The notes beneath the pieces are model-generated. The model was not told the origin of the DNA, did not search any database, and saw nothing but the letters and a program-made list of their open reading frames with translations. The translations under genes and the position numbers were made by a program. A stretch of 64,000 bases of DNA, taken from positions 186,001 to 250,000 of the IMG/VR virus record IMGVR_UViG_3300042261_002385; one strand, 5' to 3'. This document shows, piece after piece, positions 48,319 through 57,957 of the stretch (position 1 is its first letter; the number at the start of each line of letters is the position of its first letter).

Positions 48319-48939
48319 ATGCCGTTGCCACATTTTACCCAAGTAACAAATGCCGGATCACCAGGTGGACCAGGAACTCTACCAGATGAAGTAGTGTATC
48401 TAAACTTGTTTGAGATAACTTTTATCTTACCAGTTATCCTACAAGCTCAGGGAAGAGACCCTATCTTATTGCTTCAAAACGCAACTAAAATTGACTTAAA
48501 CTTAACAGAATTTGACGTCGCTGAGAAAACTCAAAGATTTAAATACTCTACGAGATTATTTATGGCTCCTCCTACAAAAACTGACGGAGCTCTATCTATT
48601 CCTCTACAAGTGAATGTGAATCAAGCAGGTTCGATGGAAACATGGAATACTATGAAAGCTTGGTATGACTTAGTATTTAACTCTCAGAACGGAGCTCTTC
48701 ACTATAAGTCTGATATTATCGGAACTATCATTGTAAATCAACATGATAAAAAAGGTGTTGTATTGAGAAGAGTTACCTTCCAGAACGTTCAATTAAAGAA
48801 AATCGGAGGTTACTCACTTGACTGGTCTTCCGCCAACATCATTGAAAACACAACTTTAGATTTTGTCTATGACTACTTCATCGATGAGTATATTGACCAA
48901 AGCTTTAGAATCGAACCACCATTGGTTTCAGGATATTAA
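48319..48939 (+). CDS. gp19: Tail tube protein (T4 gp19-like)
   Basis: Near the sheath; NLFEITF, TMKAWYDL, YKSDIIGTIIVNQHD, LDWS, FVYDY. Confidence 0.75.
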   Translation: MPLPHFTQVTNAGSPGGPGTLPDEVVYLNLFEITFILPVILQAQGRDPILLLQNATKIDLNLTEFDVAEKTQRFKYSTRLFMAPPTKTDGALSIPLQVNVNQAGSMETWNTMKAWYDLVFNSQNGALHYKSDIIGTIIVNQHDKKGVVLRRVTFQNVQLKKIGGYSLDWSSANIIENTTLDFVYDYFIDEYIDQSFRIEPPLVSGY

Positions 48940-48956
48940 TATTATCTTTAATAAAC

Positions 48957-48984
48957 AAAAAACCCATCAATTGATGGGTTTTTT
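48957..48984. terminator. Bidirectional terminator
   Basis: AAAACCCATCAA/TTGATGGGTTTT. Confidence 0.88.
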
Positions 48985-49008
48985 TATTTTGTAAAGTTTT
49001 TTATTTAT

Positions 49009-49263
49009 TTAGAAGCTTGGCATACTAAAGTTTCCAAAATTAGGAGTGCTCATATTCTTCATCATACCGTCGTAGTTTGGCATTCCTTTAGATTGTTCTC
49101 CTTCTTGTTTCTTACGATTTGTTTCTTCTTCTTCGGAAAGTTCATTAACAAGTTTGATATTTTCTTCTAAAAGCCAGAATGGCCACTCATCTATTGCCCA
49201 TTCCTGTAATCTCCAGTGTTTTTGTAAAAGAAGTTTATTCTTTAATATATGCATCAAAGGCAT
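49009..49263 (-). CDS. Baseplate hub assembly catalyst-like (T4 gp51-like)
   Basis: LLLQKHWRLQEWAIDEWPFWLLEENIKLV; ATG at 49263 or 49254 overlaps the upstream stop. Confidence 0.55.
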   Translation of the reverse strand: MPLMHILKNKLLLQKHWRLQEWAIDEWPFWLLEENIKLVNELSEEEETNRKKQEGEQSKGMPNYDGMMKNMSTPNFGNFSMPSF

Positions 49264-50173
49264 CTGGAACAACGAAAATACTTGAGGCTCCGTTGGGAAA
49301 TTGCATATCAGTGCGGACCTCCTCACCGCACTCACAAGTCGTCTTTAATTCAGAAATACCAATAGTCATTTTACCAACAGCAGCATTAAGGAATTGGAAT
49401 GAAATGTCATCCATTTCTTCAAACTCTTTAACTTTAGCCTTAACACCATCAATAGTGATTGAAGTTCTTCCAGCCATCATAAAAGGAATAATTTTCAAGA
49501 AAGCCAAATTAGGAGTTCTTTTCTCTTGATTTTCTCTAACGATATAGTCTGTGAAAGCTTTCTGAAGACCAATATTCGGTGGGGTCAATTCAAAGAATTT
49601 ACCATTAACTGTCTTAAATTGAAAAGTTTTAGTCGCGATGTTAAAATACTTTTCTAATTTTTCATCAGTTTCGTGAAATACAAAGTTCTTTCTAGTAAGC
49701 TCAAGTTTGTTTTCAGTTCCGCAACCACACTTAACGTTTACGGCTAAAGCGTTTCCTTGTTGAAAAGTCAACTCTCTAATTAAGAAAATTAAAAATAATC
49801 TGTCCTGGTCTTTAATCTCTAAGTATGAACCCATTTTTCCATCTGGATATTTAATTCTCACACAAGCTTGAAGCATGTCATTCATTTTTTCAACAATATC
49901 ATAGAAATTGTTATCATCGACCATTGCATAAGCTTGAATTTCTCTAACCTGTGCTGGTCTGACCATAAATAGAGTTCCGGTTGGATAGAACTGACCACAA
50001 GGTAGTTCTCTAATATCCATATTAAAGTATTGAAGATCTGAAGTTCTGTTTACTTGAGGACCTTCAACAAATGGTAACTCACCAGAAGCCTCTTTTTGAC
50101 CCTGTTCTAAGTCTTGTAAGTGTCTTTTCAGATAGTCTTCTTCAGACATTTCATTCTTTTTATTATTTGACAT
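49235..50173 (-). CDS. Baseplate hub subunit (T4 gp26-like)
   Basis: LPCGQFY, VRPAQVREI, DRLFLIFLIR, CGCG and CECG zinc knuckles. Confidence 0.6.
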   Translation of the reverse strand: MSNNKKNEMSEEDYLKRHLQDLEQGQKEASGELPFVEGPQVNRTSDLQYFNMDIRELPCGQFYPTGTLFMVRPAQVREIQAYAMVDDNNFYDIVEKMNDMLQACVRIKYPDGKMGSYLEIKDQDRLFLIFLIRELTFQQGNALAVNVKCGCGTENKLELTRKNFVFHETDEKLEKYFNIATKTFQFKTVNGKFFELTPPNIGLQKAFTDYIVRENQEKRTPNLAFLKIIPFMMAGRTSITIDGVKAKVKEFEEMDDISFQFLNAAVGKMTIGISELKTTCECGEEVRTDMQFPNGASSIFVVPDAFDAYIKE

Positions 50174-50257
50174 ATAATTTAGATTATTTTTTTTATATAT
50201 TACATATTTTGTCTCCTCTATTATAATGACTCAATACTAAAAAGTTTGATTTAAAAC

Positions 50258-50288
50258 AAAAAACCCTCAATTTTTTAATTGAGGGTTT
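50258..50288. terminator. Terminator after the tail sheath gene
   Basis: AAACCCTCAATT/AATTGAGGGTTT. Confidence 0.85.
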
Positions 50289-50310
50289 AATTAATTTTCT
50301 TTTTTAAGAA

Positions 50311-53300
50311 TTATCCATTGATAAATCCACCGGCTGCGATAGCTCCTGTTCTAAGTATTGTCACATTGTTTACAATGATACCCATACCTTTGATTGGTTC
50401 TACATAAGTATCAAGAACACCAATTTGGTTATCAATAATTTCTGGAGTATTATTTTCTTCATCCATTTTATTGAAGTAATTGTATAAACCATTCTTACTT
50501 ACATATGTTTCACAGATAACATCCGCTCTTAATTTAATATCAGCTCTTACATCAGCTGTGTTGAATTTCCACTGGAAGTCTAACAACATTCTTGATAATT
50601 CTCTTTCAAGCTCAATCAATACCTCTCTTACGTGGATGTAAGATAGTGCTGATTTTACAAGTGTCTGAGCTGTATTTTCAGTCTCAATAATGAATCCTCT
50701 GTTTCTTTTGAACACAAGTGGGTTCATTTGAGCTTGATTCAAGAATTCAATATCTTCTGGAGTGAAGTCTTGTTCAATAGAATTGATACCTGTAATTCTA
50801 CCATTCGTAACACCAGCTGCAATAGTCCATGGAGTTACATTTCCTACATTTGAAATATGTTTAGCCATGTAAGTTGTTGCAACAAACGGTGCTGGTGGAT
50901 GGTCTAACGGTCTACCATTATCATTAATATTAACATAAGGGAAGAAGTAACCTACACAAGTAGTTCCTGCTCCATCACCAAATGAGTAAAGGAATGCTGG
51001 ATTACTTTCTGGATCTCCTCCTTTAGCAACGTATTCCATCTGTAAAACACCTTCAGTATTTACGAAAGTAGGTGAAGAAGAATTTTTAAACATTCTCGCA
51101 GATGGCATGTTGATAAATCCAAAAGCATCTAATCTATCACCACAAATATCTAGTAACTGTTGTTTGCTTCTTTCTGTTAAACCTAATCCAAAAGAGTCAA
51201 CTAAGTATCTGAAGTCAATTGCCTCTTTGTTTGTCAATGCCTTAAATAGTGGAGTTCCTTTAGCAACTAAATTCAAAATTGAATTTTGTCTTGCTTCAGT
51301 TCCATCAGGCATCGAAGCGTTTCTAATTCTAAATCCTTTCAACGAAAGTGCTTTATAAGTAGTTGCGTATTGATCTACTGTAGTATATCTTTGAGTCTGT
51401 AATTCACCACCTGAGAATCTTGTTGCGATTCTAGAATCACAAGTCACCTCAGTCAATGAAGCATCACCCGAATATTGTCTTTTTGACAAAATTCTTGTTA
51501 ATTTTCTTGGATATTGACCAGTCTGAAGAGCAGTTGAATCATAGTATGCCTCTAAGAAATCTCCAACTTTTACCTCAGAATATCTCTCACCATTTATAAG
51601 AATCTTATTTGGAACTTGAACATACCCAGCTGGAATCTCAATCTCAATAGTTTGTTTGTAGTTTGATTTTTCAGATTTGATATAGAATGTATTGTTAGCC
51701 AACGCAGCAACATCAACATCTGTTGTCAAATCTGAGTCTTTAAACTCCACATACAATGTAGAGCTGCTATCCGTATACATTCTTAAATAATGTTTTACTA
51801 AATAGTCGTATACTCTATTCACATCAGTAAGTTGTTCAAAAACTACTTCTTCCGAAACAGTGTAAGCGTAATACTCAGATGAGTTAGAACCATTTCCATA
51901 TCCCAGAAGTCCAGCAATTTGTTGAGGTGTTTTACCATTGAAAGCTGTTACTTGATTTGTTGCAAGTGTAAATGAACCAGTATTTAACGTTGAATCGGGG
52001 AAATATAGTTGCTCAAAAGTAGCTAAATTTATTTCAGTGTCCCAGTTTGGCACATCTGATTGAAATACTATATAATCATATCCTGCCCACGACTGGGTAG
52101 TTCCACCGTTTGTTGCCTCCTCTCCATCTACGAATAATACACTAACAGTAGTTCCAAGTAAAGTTGCGTTACTGGCAGATGCTCCAGAATCACCTAAGAA
52201 TAATCTGTTACTGTAAAAGTAGTCTTTTGTATTAATTTGACCATCATAATTTTTAGTGTAGAAGTTTGAATATTTACCCACAACACCTATGTTGTTGAAA
52301 TCAGCAGTGTCCGATTTAGTCTGAACACCTTCACTTCCAAGTATAAATTCATTATCTTCAGTATAAATTACTAAATAACCATTTAGAATATCAGCCAATT
52401 GAGCTGTAGTCAATCCAGTATCCAACCTAAATGACTTATTAAGAACTGAACTTTGAACAATGTCAGAAATAGTTATATTTTCAAAACTATATTTTTCATA
52501 AGTAACTGGATTAAGGACTATTGACATTCTGTTTTTGTTTGGACTGTCAATCAAGTTTACTAATCTATTAAACATTTTGAATTTTCTCCACTGTTTATAG
52601 TTTGTAACAGATGGTGTTTCATTTGTGCCTGGAAACTCAATTTTGATGATGCCAGAACCAGCTGTTACTTCGGAAATATAATAATCACTTGATGAATAAG
52701 TTCCAAAGTCATAATCAATATACTCGGACGTTCCAACCGTAACATCTTCAACATTAAATGACAGTGGTGATACAAACGATTGAGAAGCTACTCCAAGTTC
52801 GATGTATCCTAAAACTATGTCAGTAGCCCCAACTGCTGGATTGACACCAACTGTCAAACTGTTTACCACTGAAATCTCACCAGTATTATCTAATACAAAT
52901 GCTGAAGAGTAAGTAGCTAAAGTAGTACTAAAAGGATAATCGGTAGCATTCATAGTCAAAGTAGCAGTAGCAGCGATAGGAACATAAGTATTTCCTATGA
53001 CTGCATAAGCACCAGGACCAACACTATATGTTACACAAATAGAAGTTGTAGCTGTAACAATTCCAGGAGTAGATGAAACTAAATCAACGTTGTAAACCGA
53101 TCCTTCACCAAACCAAGCTGTTCTCTCTGAGTTTTCCACAATACCACTTGTTAACATAGATTCAGCAAACTCGTTACCGGGAGTCAAATCGAATCCGTAA
53201 GCGTGAGGTGTTTGTGATACATAAGAGTAAGAACCATAAGATGGACCCAAATCACCTAACATCGCAGTCACATTACCAGGTAAGTCAAGTGGAGTAGATA

Positions 53301-54309
53301 CTATTTTGATATCTTCTGTGATTGTCTCTCTGTATGATAGAAAATCAATTGTGTTTTCACCACCATCAGCAATTGTATTACCTAATAAGTCTAACACACC
53401 GTTGTAGTAGTCAGCCTCAACTAAGTCATTGTTGAATGCACAGAAAACACCAGTTCTATCAGTATCTCTATTGATAGTAGTTTCAATAAAGATGTTTCTA
53501 CCATTTAAATCTCTAAAATATGGAATCAAAGAAAGACCTTCGTAGTAAGCCAATGTTGTTACATTTCTATCGTTTGCGAAGTTTCTAATCTGAGCTTTTC
53601 TCAAACCGGATGCGTTGAAGTATGAACTCCATCTTGGATCAACAGCTAACTCTTGGTAGTTAGACCAATCACCTGCAACAATAACAACATCTACAAGATA
53701 ATCAGAAGCGAAGTCTTGAGGATTAACATAAGATGGCATTTTCTCAATTGAACCATACCATTCTAACAATGTTCTATCAAAACCAGTCAAAGTTGATTTA
53801 AAAATAAATACTGAAACATATCTGTCTGAAAGATTCGTAATGTTGAATGCTCTTTCAGTATATCCAGAATTATTTTTAGTAAGATTAATAAATGAATCAG
53901 TATCTCTCTTCCAGAAACCTGTTGTATCAAAGAATCTTCTGTAAGGTCCTTCTCTTTCGATATCATTATTATATCCTGCTGAAGAAGAAAGTGATTGATA
54001 TTCAATTTTATCTAAAGTATCATCAGTTAATAATAGGTTCATAGCGAAAACTGGCGCCGTTTCTACCATTTTAGAAACTGTTCTATGAAAGAATGAACCT
54101 TTTCTTTCTAATCCTCTATCTAATTGACCGAAAATAGACTCCAACTCATTAGTTGTAGTTATTCTAATCGGTGTATTAACAGGCCCTTTTCTTGAAACAC
54201 CAATAACGAGGTTTGTGATACCTTCAACTACTGGGCTTGTGATTACAGACTTGTCAAATTCTTCTAAGAAGATTCCTGGTCTCTTGTATTTTCCAATTTG
54301 AATTGCCAT
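50311..54309 (-). CDS. gp18: Tail sheath protein with large central insertion
   Basis: N-terminal RPGIFLEEFD, GVSRKGPVNTP, FGQ; C-terminal NPL, TAQTLVKSALSYIHVREVLI, DEENNTPEIIDN, VEPIKG. Confidence 0.93.
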   Translation of the reverse strand: MAIQIGKYKRPGIFLEEFDKSVITSPVVEGITNLVIGVSRKGPVNTPIRITTTNELESIFGQLDRGLERKGSFFHRTVSKMVETAPVFAMNLLLTDDTLDKIEYQSLSSSAGYNNDIEREGPYRRFFDTTGFWKRDTDSFINLTKNNSGYTERAFNITNLSDRYVSVFIFKSTLTGFDRTLLEWYGSIEKMPSYVNPQDFASDYLVDVVIVAGDWSNYQELAVDPRWSSYFNASGLRKAQIRNFANDRNVTTLAYYEGLSLIPYFRDLNGRNIFIETTINRDTDRTGVFCAFNNDLVEADYYNGVLDLLGNTIADGGENTIDFLSYRETITEDIKIVSTPLDLPGNVTAMLGDLGPSYGSYSYVSQTPHAYGFDLTPGNEFAESMLTSGIVENSERTAWFGEGSVYNVDLVSSTPGIVTATTSICVTYSVGPGAYAVIGNTYVPIAATATLTMNATDYPFSTTLATYSSAFVLDNTGEISVVNSLTVGVNPAVGATDIVLGYIELGVASQSFVSPLSFNVEDVTVGTSEYIDYDFGTYSSSDYYISEVTAGSGIIKIEFPGTNETPSVTNYKQWRKFKMFNRLVNLIDSPNKNRMSIVLNPVTYEKYSFENITISDIVQSSVLNKSFRLDTGLTTAQLADILNGYLVIYTEDNEFILGSEGVQTKSDTADFNNIGVVGKYSNFYTKNYDGQINTKDYFYSNRLFLGDSGASASNATLLGTTVSVLFVDGEEATNGGTTQSWAGYDYIVFQSDVPNWDTEINLATFEQLYFPDSTLNTGSFTLATNQVTAFNGKTPQQIAGLLGYGNGSNSSEYYAYTVSEEVVFEQLTDVNRVYDYLVKHYLRMYTDSSSTLYVEFKDSDLTTDVDVAALANNTFYIKSEKSNYKQTIEIEIPAGYVQVPNKILINGERYSEVKVGDFLEAYYDSTALQTGQYPRKLTRILSKRQYSGDASLTEVTCDSRIATRFSGGELQTQRYTTVDQYATTYKALSLKGFRIRNASMPDGTEARQNSILNLVAKGTPLFKALTNKEAIDFRYLVDSFGLGLTERSKQQLLDICGDRLDAFGFINMPSARMFKNSSSPTFVNTEGVLQMEYVAKGGDPESNPAFLYSFGDGAGTTCVGYFFPYVNINDNGRPLDHPPAPFVATTYMAKHISNVGNVTPWTIAAGVTNGRITGINSIEQDFTPEDIEFLNQAQMNPLVFKRNRGFIIETENTAQTLVKSALSYIHVREVLIELERELSRMLLDFQWKFNTADVRADIKLRADVICETYVSKNGLYNYFNKMDEENNTPEIIDNQIGVLDTYVEPIKGMGIIVNNVTILRTGAIAAGGFING

Positions 54310-54375
54310 ATTGTTTTATATTTTTTTTAATTTTAAAGTATATATAAAAAAGAAAAAACGATATTTTTTCTTTTT

Positions 54376-54915
54376 TTACTTTTTCATTTGAATTTCTTGA
54401 GTGTCTTTTTTCAATTCCTTCTCAGTATCAATCATAAGTTTTTTGTGTTCAGCCATCAGTTTTTGAAGTTCCTTTGACTTTTCTGCTAAAATCTTTTGCA
54501 AATCACCTAGTTTTACGTCAATTTCTTTTAATTGAGTATCTAATTTTTTAATACTCGCTGGATCTTTTGTCAATCCCTTCTCCTGAACATATTTATCTTT
54601 ATTAATATTAGCATCAACTCTTGCTTGGCTATTTCCGTTGATTTCATTTTGAATTCTACAAATTTTAAGATATTCTACTAAGAATCTATTTTTATTCTCT
54701 TTTTCAGGAAACATTTTCTTTAACTCTTGTTCTATTTCTAAATCATTCTTTGTAGAGTTATAAAGCTGGTCTATTTTAGGTTTTTTTTCTCGATACTCTT
54801 TTAAATCAGATTCTACATCATTCAAGCTTTGTTTAGCCAATTTTTCATCTGGTCTATCGGTTGTTGATATAGCTAATACTTCTTTAAAAAAATCATATTT
54901 TCTTAGATATTTCAT
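54376..54915 (-). CDS. CTS-tagged coiled-coil protein
   Basis: MKYLRKYDFFKE; long coiled coil. Confidence 0.75.
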   Translation of the reverse strand: MKYLRKYDFFKEVLAISTTDRPDEKLAKQSLNDVESDLKEYREKKPKIDQLYNSTKNDLEIEQELKKMFPEKENKNRFLVEYLKICRIQNEINGNSQARVDANINKDKYVQEKGLTKDPASIKKLDTQLKEIDVKLGDLQKILAEKSKELQKLMAEHKKLMIDTEKELKKDTQEIQMKK

Positions 54916-57809
54916 TTTGAAATCACCCCAGGGGTAAATTTACCCTCATCATATTTTTTATCAACAACTTCTCTATAATTGATAAACGCTGGTTTCACAG
55001 CTTTCAAAGCAGTAGCAACTGAATCTTTAGACTCAAGTTTCAATATATTTTGTCCTTTGAACTTATTATCTTCCATTTGTCTCATCACCAACCAATTTAC
55101 AGAAGTAATCTTAATTGTTTCAGTTCTTGTTTTTGGCTTATCCTCTTCTTTAACAATTCCTTTGATTTCTATTTCCTTAGCTCTGTTGTTTCCAACATTT
55201 TCCAAAGCCTTTTTAGTCATAACAGTGTGAATAACAGGATAAGGACCACTGCCTAATCTATCTCTTAATTCAGGATTAATATCTGAGTCGCCTTTACCAA
55301 TCTCAGTAGAGGGATGCTCGCTTTGTATTAGATTTCTGAAGTAAGCCATAGTTTTAGACATCATCACATAATATTTATCGTTGGCAATTTCATTAACAAA
55401 GACATACCAGTGGACAATTTTACCTTCAGTATCCTTACCATTTATTTGAAAAGTTGTAAATCTAAATTTACTTTCTTTTAAAACTTCATCAGCGGTCAAA
55501 GATGATGATTTAGCAAATTGTAAGTTTGATACGGTAATAGAGTCAGCATTTTGATTATTAATTTCAATATCGTTTTTACCAGTTTTCTTATCTTTCATAC
55601 CCAATTGAACATCTGAATTTTTCTCAAAAAATTCATTTGCAGTTTCACCAAAGTATTTTTCAATAGCTTTCTTTTGAGCCCCAGCTGAATCACCACCACT
55701 ACCTGATTTATAAAGATTATCACCATCTAAAAGGTCTGTCATAAGTTGTCTAAGTGCGACTCCTGCTCCTTCTCTAACATTTCCAGCACCATCATCTAAA
55801 ACAGTTTCTTTTGCAAATATTGGAGAAAATCTTGTATCAGCAAGAACATCCATCACTGCATCTTCCCAAATATTGAATGTCTTTTTATGTCTATATGGTC
55901 CGTGTTCAGTAGCACTAGGCTCACCAGAACCACCACCAAAAGCAGTATATTCATTATATGTTAATCTATCGACTGCACCACCTGATCTATTACCAGGGAT
56001 TACATCCGTGGTATGTAGCTTATAGGCTCTATTAAATAATCTTACGATTTCAATAATAGGGTTCATACCATTGATAACGATTGATTTTCCTTGTTTCTTA
56101 GCAGCATCTTCTACTTTTGTCTCAACTTCTTTAACTTCTTCTTCTGAAAGTAAAAAAGCCTCAAAGTCTAAGTTTTCATCAAAATATTCCTTTATTTCTT
56201 TAGAAATCTCAGCAGATTTATCTTCTTTGTTTTCTTTATCATCATCACCCTCTGCTTCTCTAATTAAAGTTAAGTAAGAACCATATTTTAATAACTTTTG
56301 TGAAACTGATTCTTCTTTCTTTTCAACTTTTTCTTCCTTAGCTAACTCATCAGGGTTAATCTTTTTGAGTTCTTTCATAGTATCAACGAACTCTTTAAGA
56401 GGTTTTCCTAATTCACCCAATGGTCCATAAAGATTCTGACCATCAAATTGGATAGCTCTCATCGTAAATCTTGCTATCTTTTCAGCGACAACAATTTTTT
56501 TGTTTTTATCTTTGATTACATCAAGACTTTCTTTGAAGAGAGCATCTGTAGGGGCGTTTAGTGTAGCCTTTTTATCACCAATCAAATATCTTAATACTTC
56601 TTTATACAAAGACTTAACTTGAATTTTAGTTTGTTCATCAACTGATTTTTCGGTGATTGCCTTTAGAAAATCAAAAGTGACTCCGATGCCTTTGTCCTTA
56701 GGATCTTCCAATACTTCACAGGCTTTTTTCAATTTGTTATAAGCCTGAGTGACATGATCTTCTTTCTTAGTTCCGACATTTCTATTTACACCACCACCAG
56801 TTCCTATACCTGTAGGACTTCCACCTTGTCCAATAGCAATTGGGCCTTCTTCAAAAAGATAACCTTCTTTAACTAAAGACAATTTAATTTTTAGGTCCTT
56901 TGTTAATTGAAGTTTATTTTTGTCCATTTTAGACTTTTCAGCCTTTATGGTATAAGGCTCTAATGTTTTTGAATTAGAAGACCAAATCTGATCAGTAGTT
57001 AATTTGTTTTTGTTAATTTTAACATCTTTTTGAATTACTTCAATAGTCTCACCACCTTTTGTGATATAAACATAATCCTCAGGTGCTGACGCAATTGCAT
57101 TTGGTGTAAATTTTTTGTAGTTTGCTAATACCAATGACAGTGATCTTAAGTTCTTTATCATAACTGGATATCCAGACTTTATGGAAATCTTTCCACCTGT
57201 TGATTCTTCAGAGTCGGAATCTTCTTCTTCATCATCGGTTGTTTTCTCTGCATCTTCTGAAAGAGGACCACCTTTACCATCAGTATCTTTAAACTTATTA
57301 AGAAATTCTAAAAACTCTTCCAGAGCTTTCAATATAACTTGCTTTGATTCTTCCGACTTCTCACTTACCTCGAGTGCCTCTAAATTATCAATAGTATTCT
57401 GTGTAATGTCTTTAATTTTTCCAACTTTTTCACCATCATCAACTGCTTTTTTAAGAACTCCTAAAATAGATGATATTTGAACTTTAGAAATATCTTCTTG
57501 GTCTTCTTTCGATAAGGTTCTAATTGCTGATTCACTAACTAATCTTTCGAATTGTGACTTCATTTGTTTAGCAACTAACGATATTCTACCCATATCAACT
57601 CCGACCCCAATCTTACGTATTACAAAATTTATAAATCTACCCAAAAGAGAGTCACCCCATCTTACGTTATTACCGAATGCTCCAGATCCAGGGGCATTTT
57701 CTTCTAAAATCAACTTTGTAGTCAAGTCTTCCAACAATTTATCTTGTTGAACTTTTTTTCTTTCACTTATATTCTTTAGGTAATTATCTCTTGAGTGTAA
57801 ATATTTCAT
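54912..57809 (-). CDS. Large putative packaged polyprotein-like protein
   Basis: ATG 57809 MKYLHSRDNYLKNISE; internal LILEE, YLFEE, KLLKYGSYLTLIREAE; domain shared with 15749..17464. Confidence 0.8.
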   Translation of the reverse strand: MKYLHSRDNYLKNISERKKVQQDKLLEDLTTKLILEENAPGSGAFGNNVRWGDSLLGRFINFVIRKIGVGVDMGRISLVAKQMKSQFERLVSESAIRTLSKEDQEDISKVQISSILGVLKKAVDDGEKVGKIKDITQNTIDNLEALEVSEKSEESKQVILKALEEFLEFLNKFKDTDGKGGPLSEDAEKTTDDEEEDSDSEESTGGKISIKSGYPVMIKNLRSLSLVLANYKKFTPNAIASAPEDYVYITKGGETIEVIQKDVKINKNKLTTDQIWSSNSKTLEPYTIKAEKSKMDKNKLQLTKDLKIKLSLVKEGYLFEEGPIAIGQGGSPTGIGTGGGVNRNVGTKKEDHVTQAYNKLKKACEVLEDPKDKGIGVTFDFLKAITEKSVDEQTKIQVKSLYKEVLRYLIGDKKATLNAPTDALFKESLDVIKDKNKKIVVAEKIARFTMRAIQFDGQNLYGPLGELGKPLKEFVDTMKELKKINPDELAKEEKVEKKEESVSQKLLKYGSYLTLIREAEGDDDKENKEDKSAEISKEIKEYFDENLDFEAFLLSEEEVKEVETKVEDAAKKQGKSIVINGMNPIIEIVRLFNRAYKLHTTDVIPGNRSGGAVDRLTYNEYTAFGGGSGEPSATEHGPYRHKKTFNIWEDAVMDVLADTRFSPIFAKETVLDDGAGNVREGAGVALRQLMTDLLDGDNLYKSGSGGDSAGAQKKAIEKYFGETANEFFEKNSDVQLGMKDKKTGKNDIEINNQNADSITVSNLQFAKSSSLTADEVLKESKFRFTTFQINGKDTEGKIVHWYVFVNEIANDKYYVMMSKTMAYFRNLIQSEHPSTEIGKGDSDINPELRDRLGSGPYPVIHTVMTKKALENVGNNRAKEIEIKGIVKEEDKPKTRTETIKITSVNWLVMRQMEDNKFKGQNILKLESKDSVATALKAVKPAFINYREVVDKKYDEGKFTPGVISK

Positions 57810-57910
57810 CAAAATGATTTAATTTTTTTGTATATATTATTTTCTTTACTCCGAAATTTGTATATTTACAGATATGATTGTCAATTCTAAAAATAAAATA
57901 TCTAAAAATG

Positions 57911-57941
57911 TTTGGCAAACAAAATAAAATCCTTATATTTG
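57911..57941 (+). promoter_or_regulatory. Bacteroidota housekeeping-sigma promoter (-33/-7)
   Basis: TTTG (57911-57914), 19-nt spacer, TATATTTG (57934-57941). Confidence 0.7.
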
Positions 57942-57957
57942 TATAAATAACACTACG

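Noticed and set aside
49235-49335. Programmed frameshift fusing the gp26-like and gp51-like ORFs
   Set aside because: No convincing slippery heptamer; in-frame ATGs at 49263 and 49254 explain it by translational coupling
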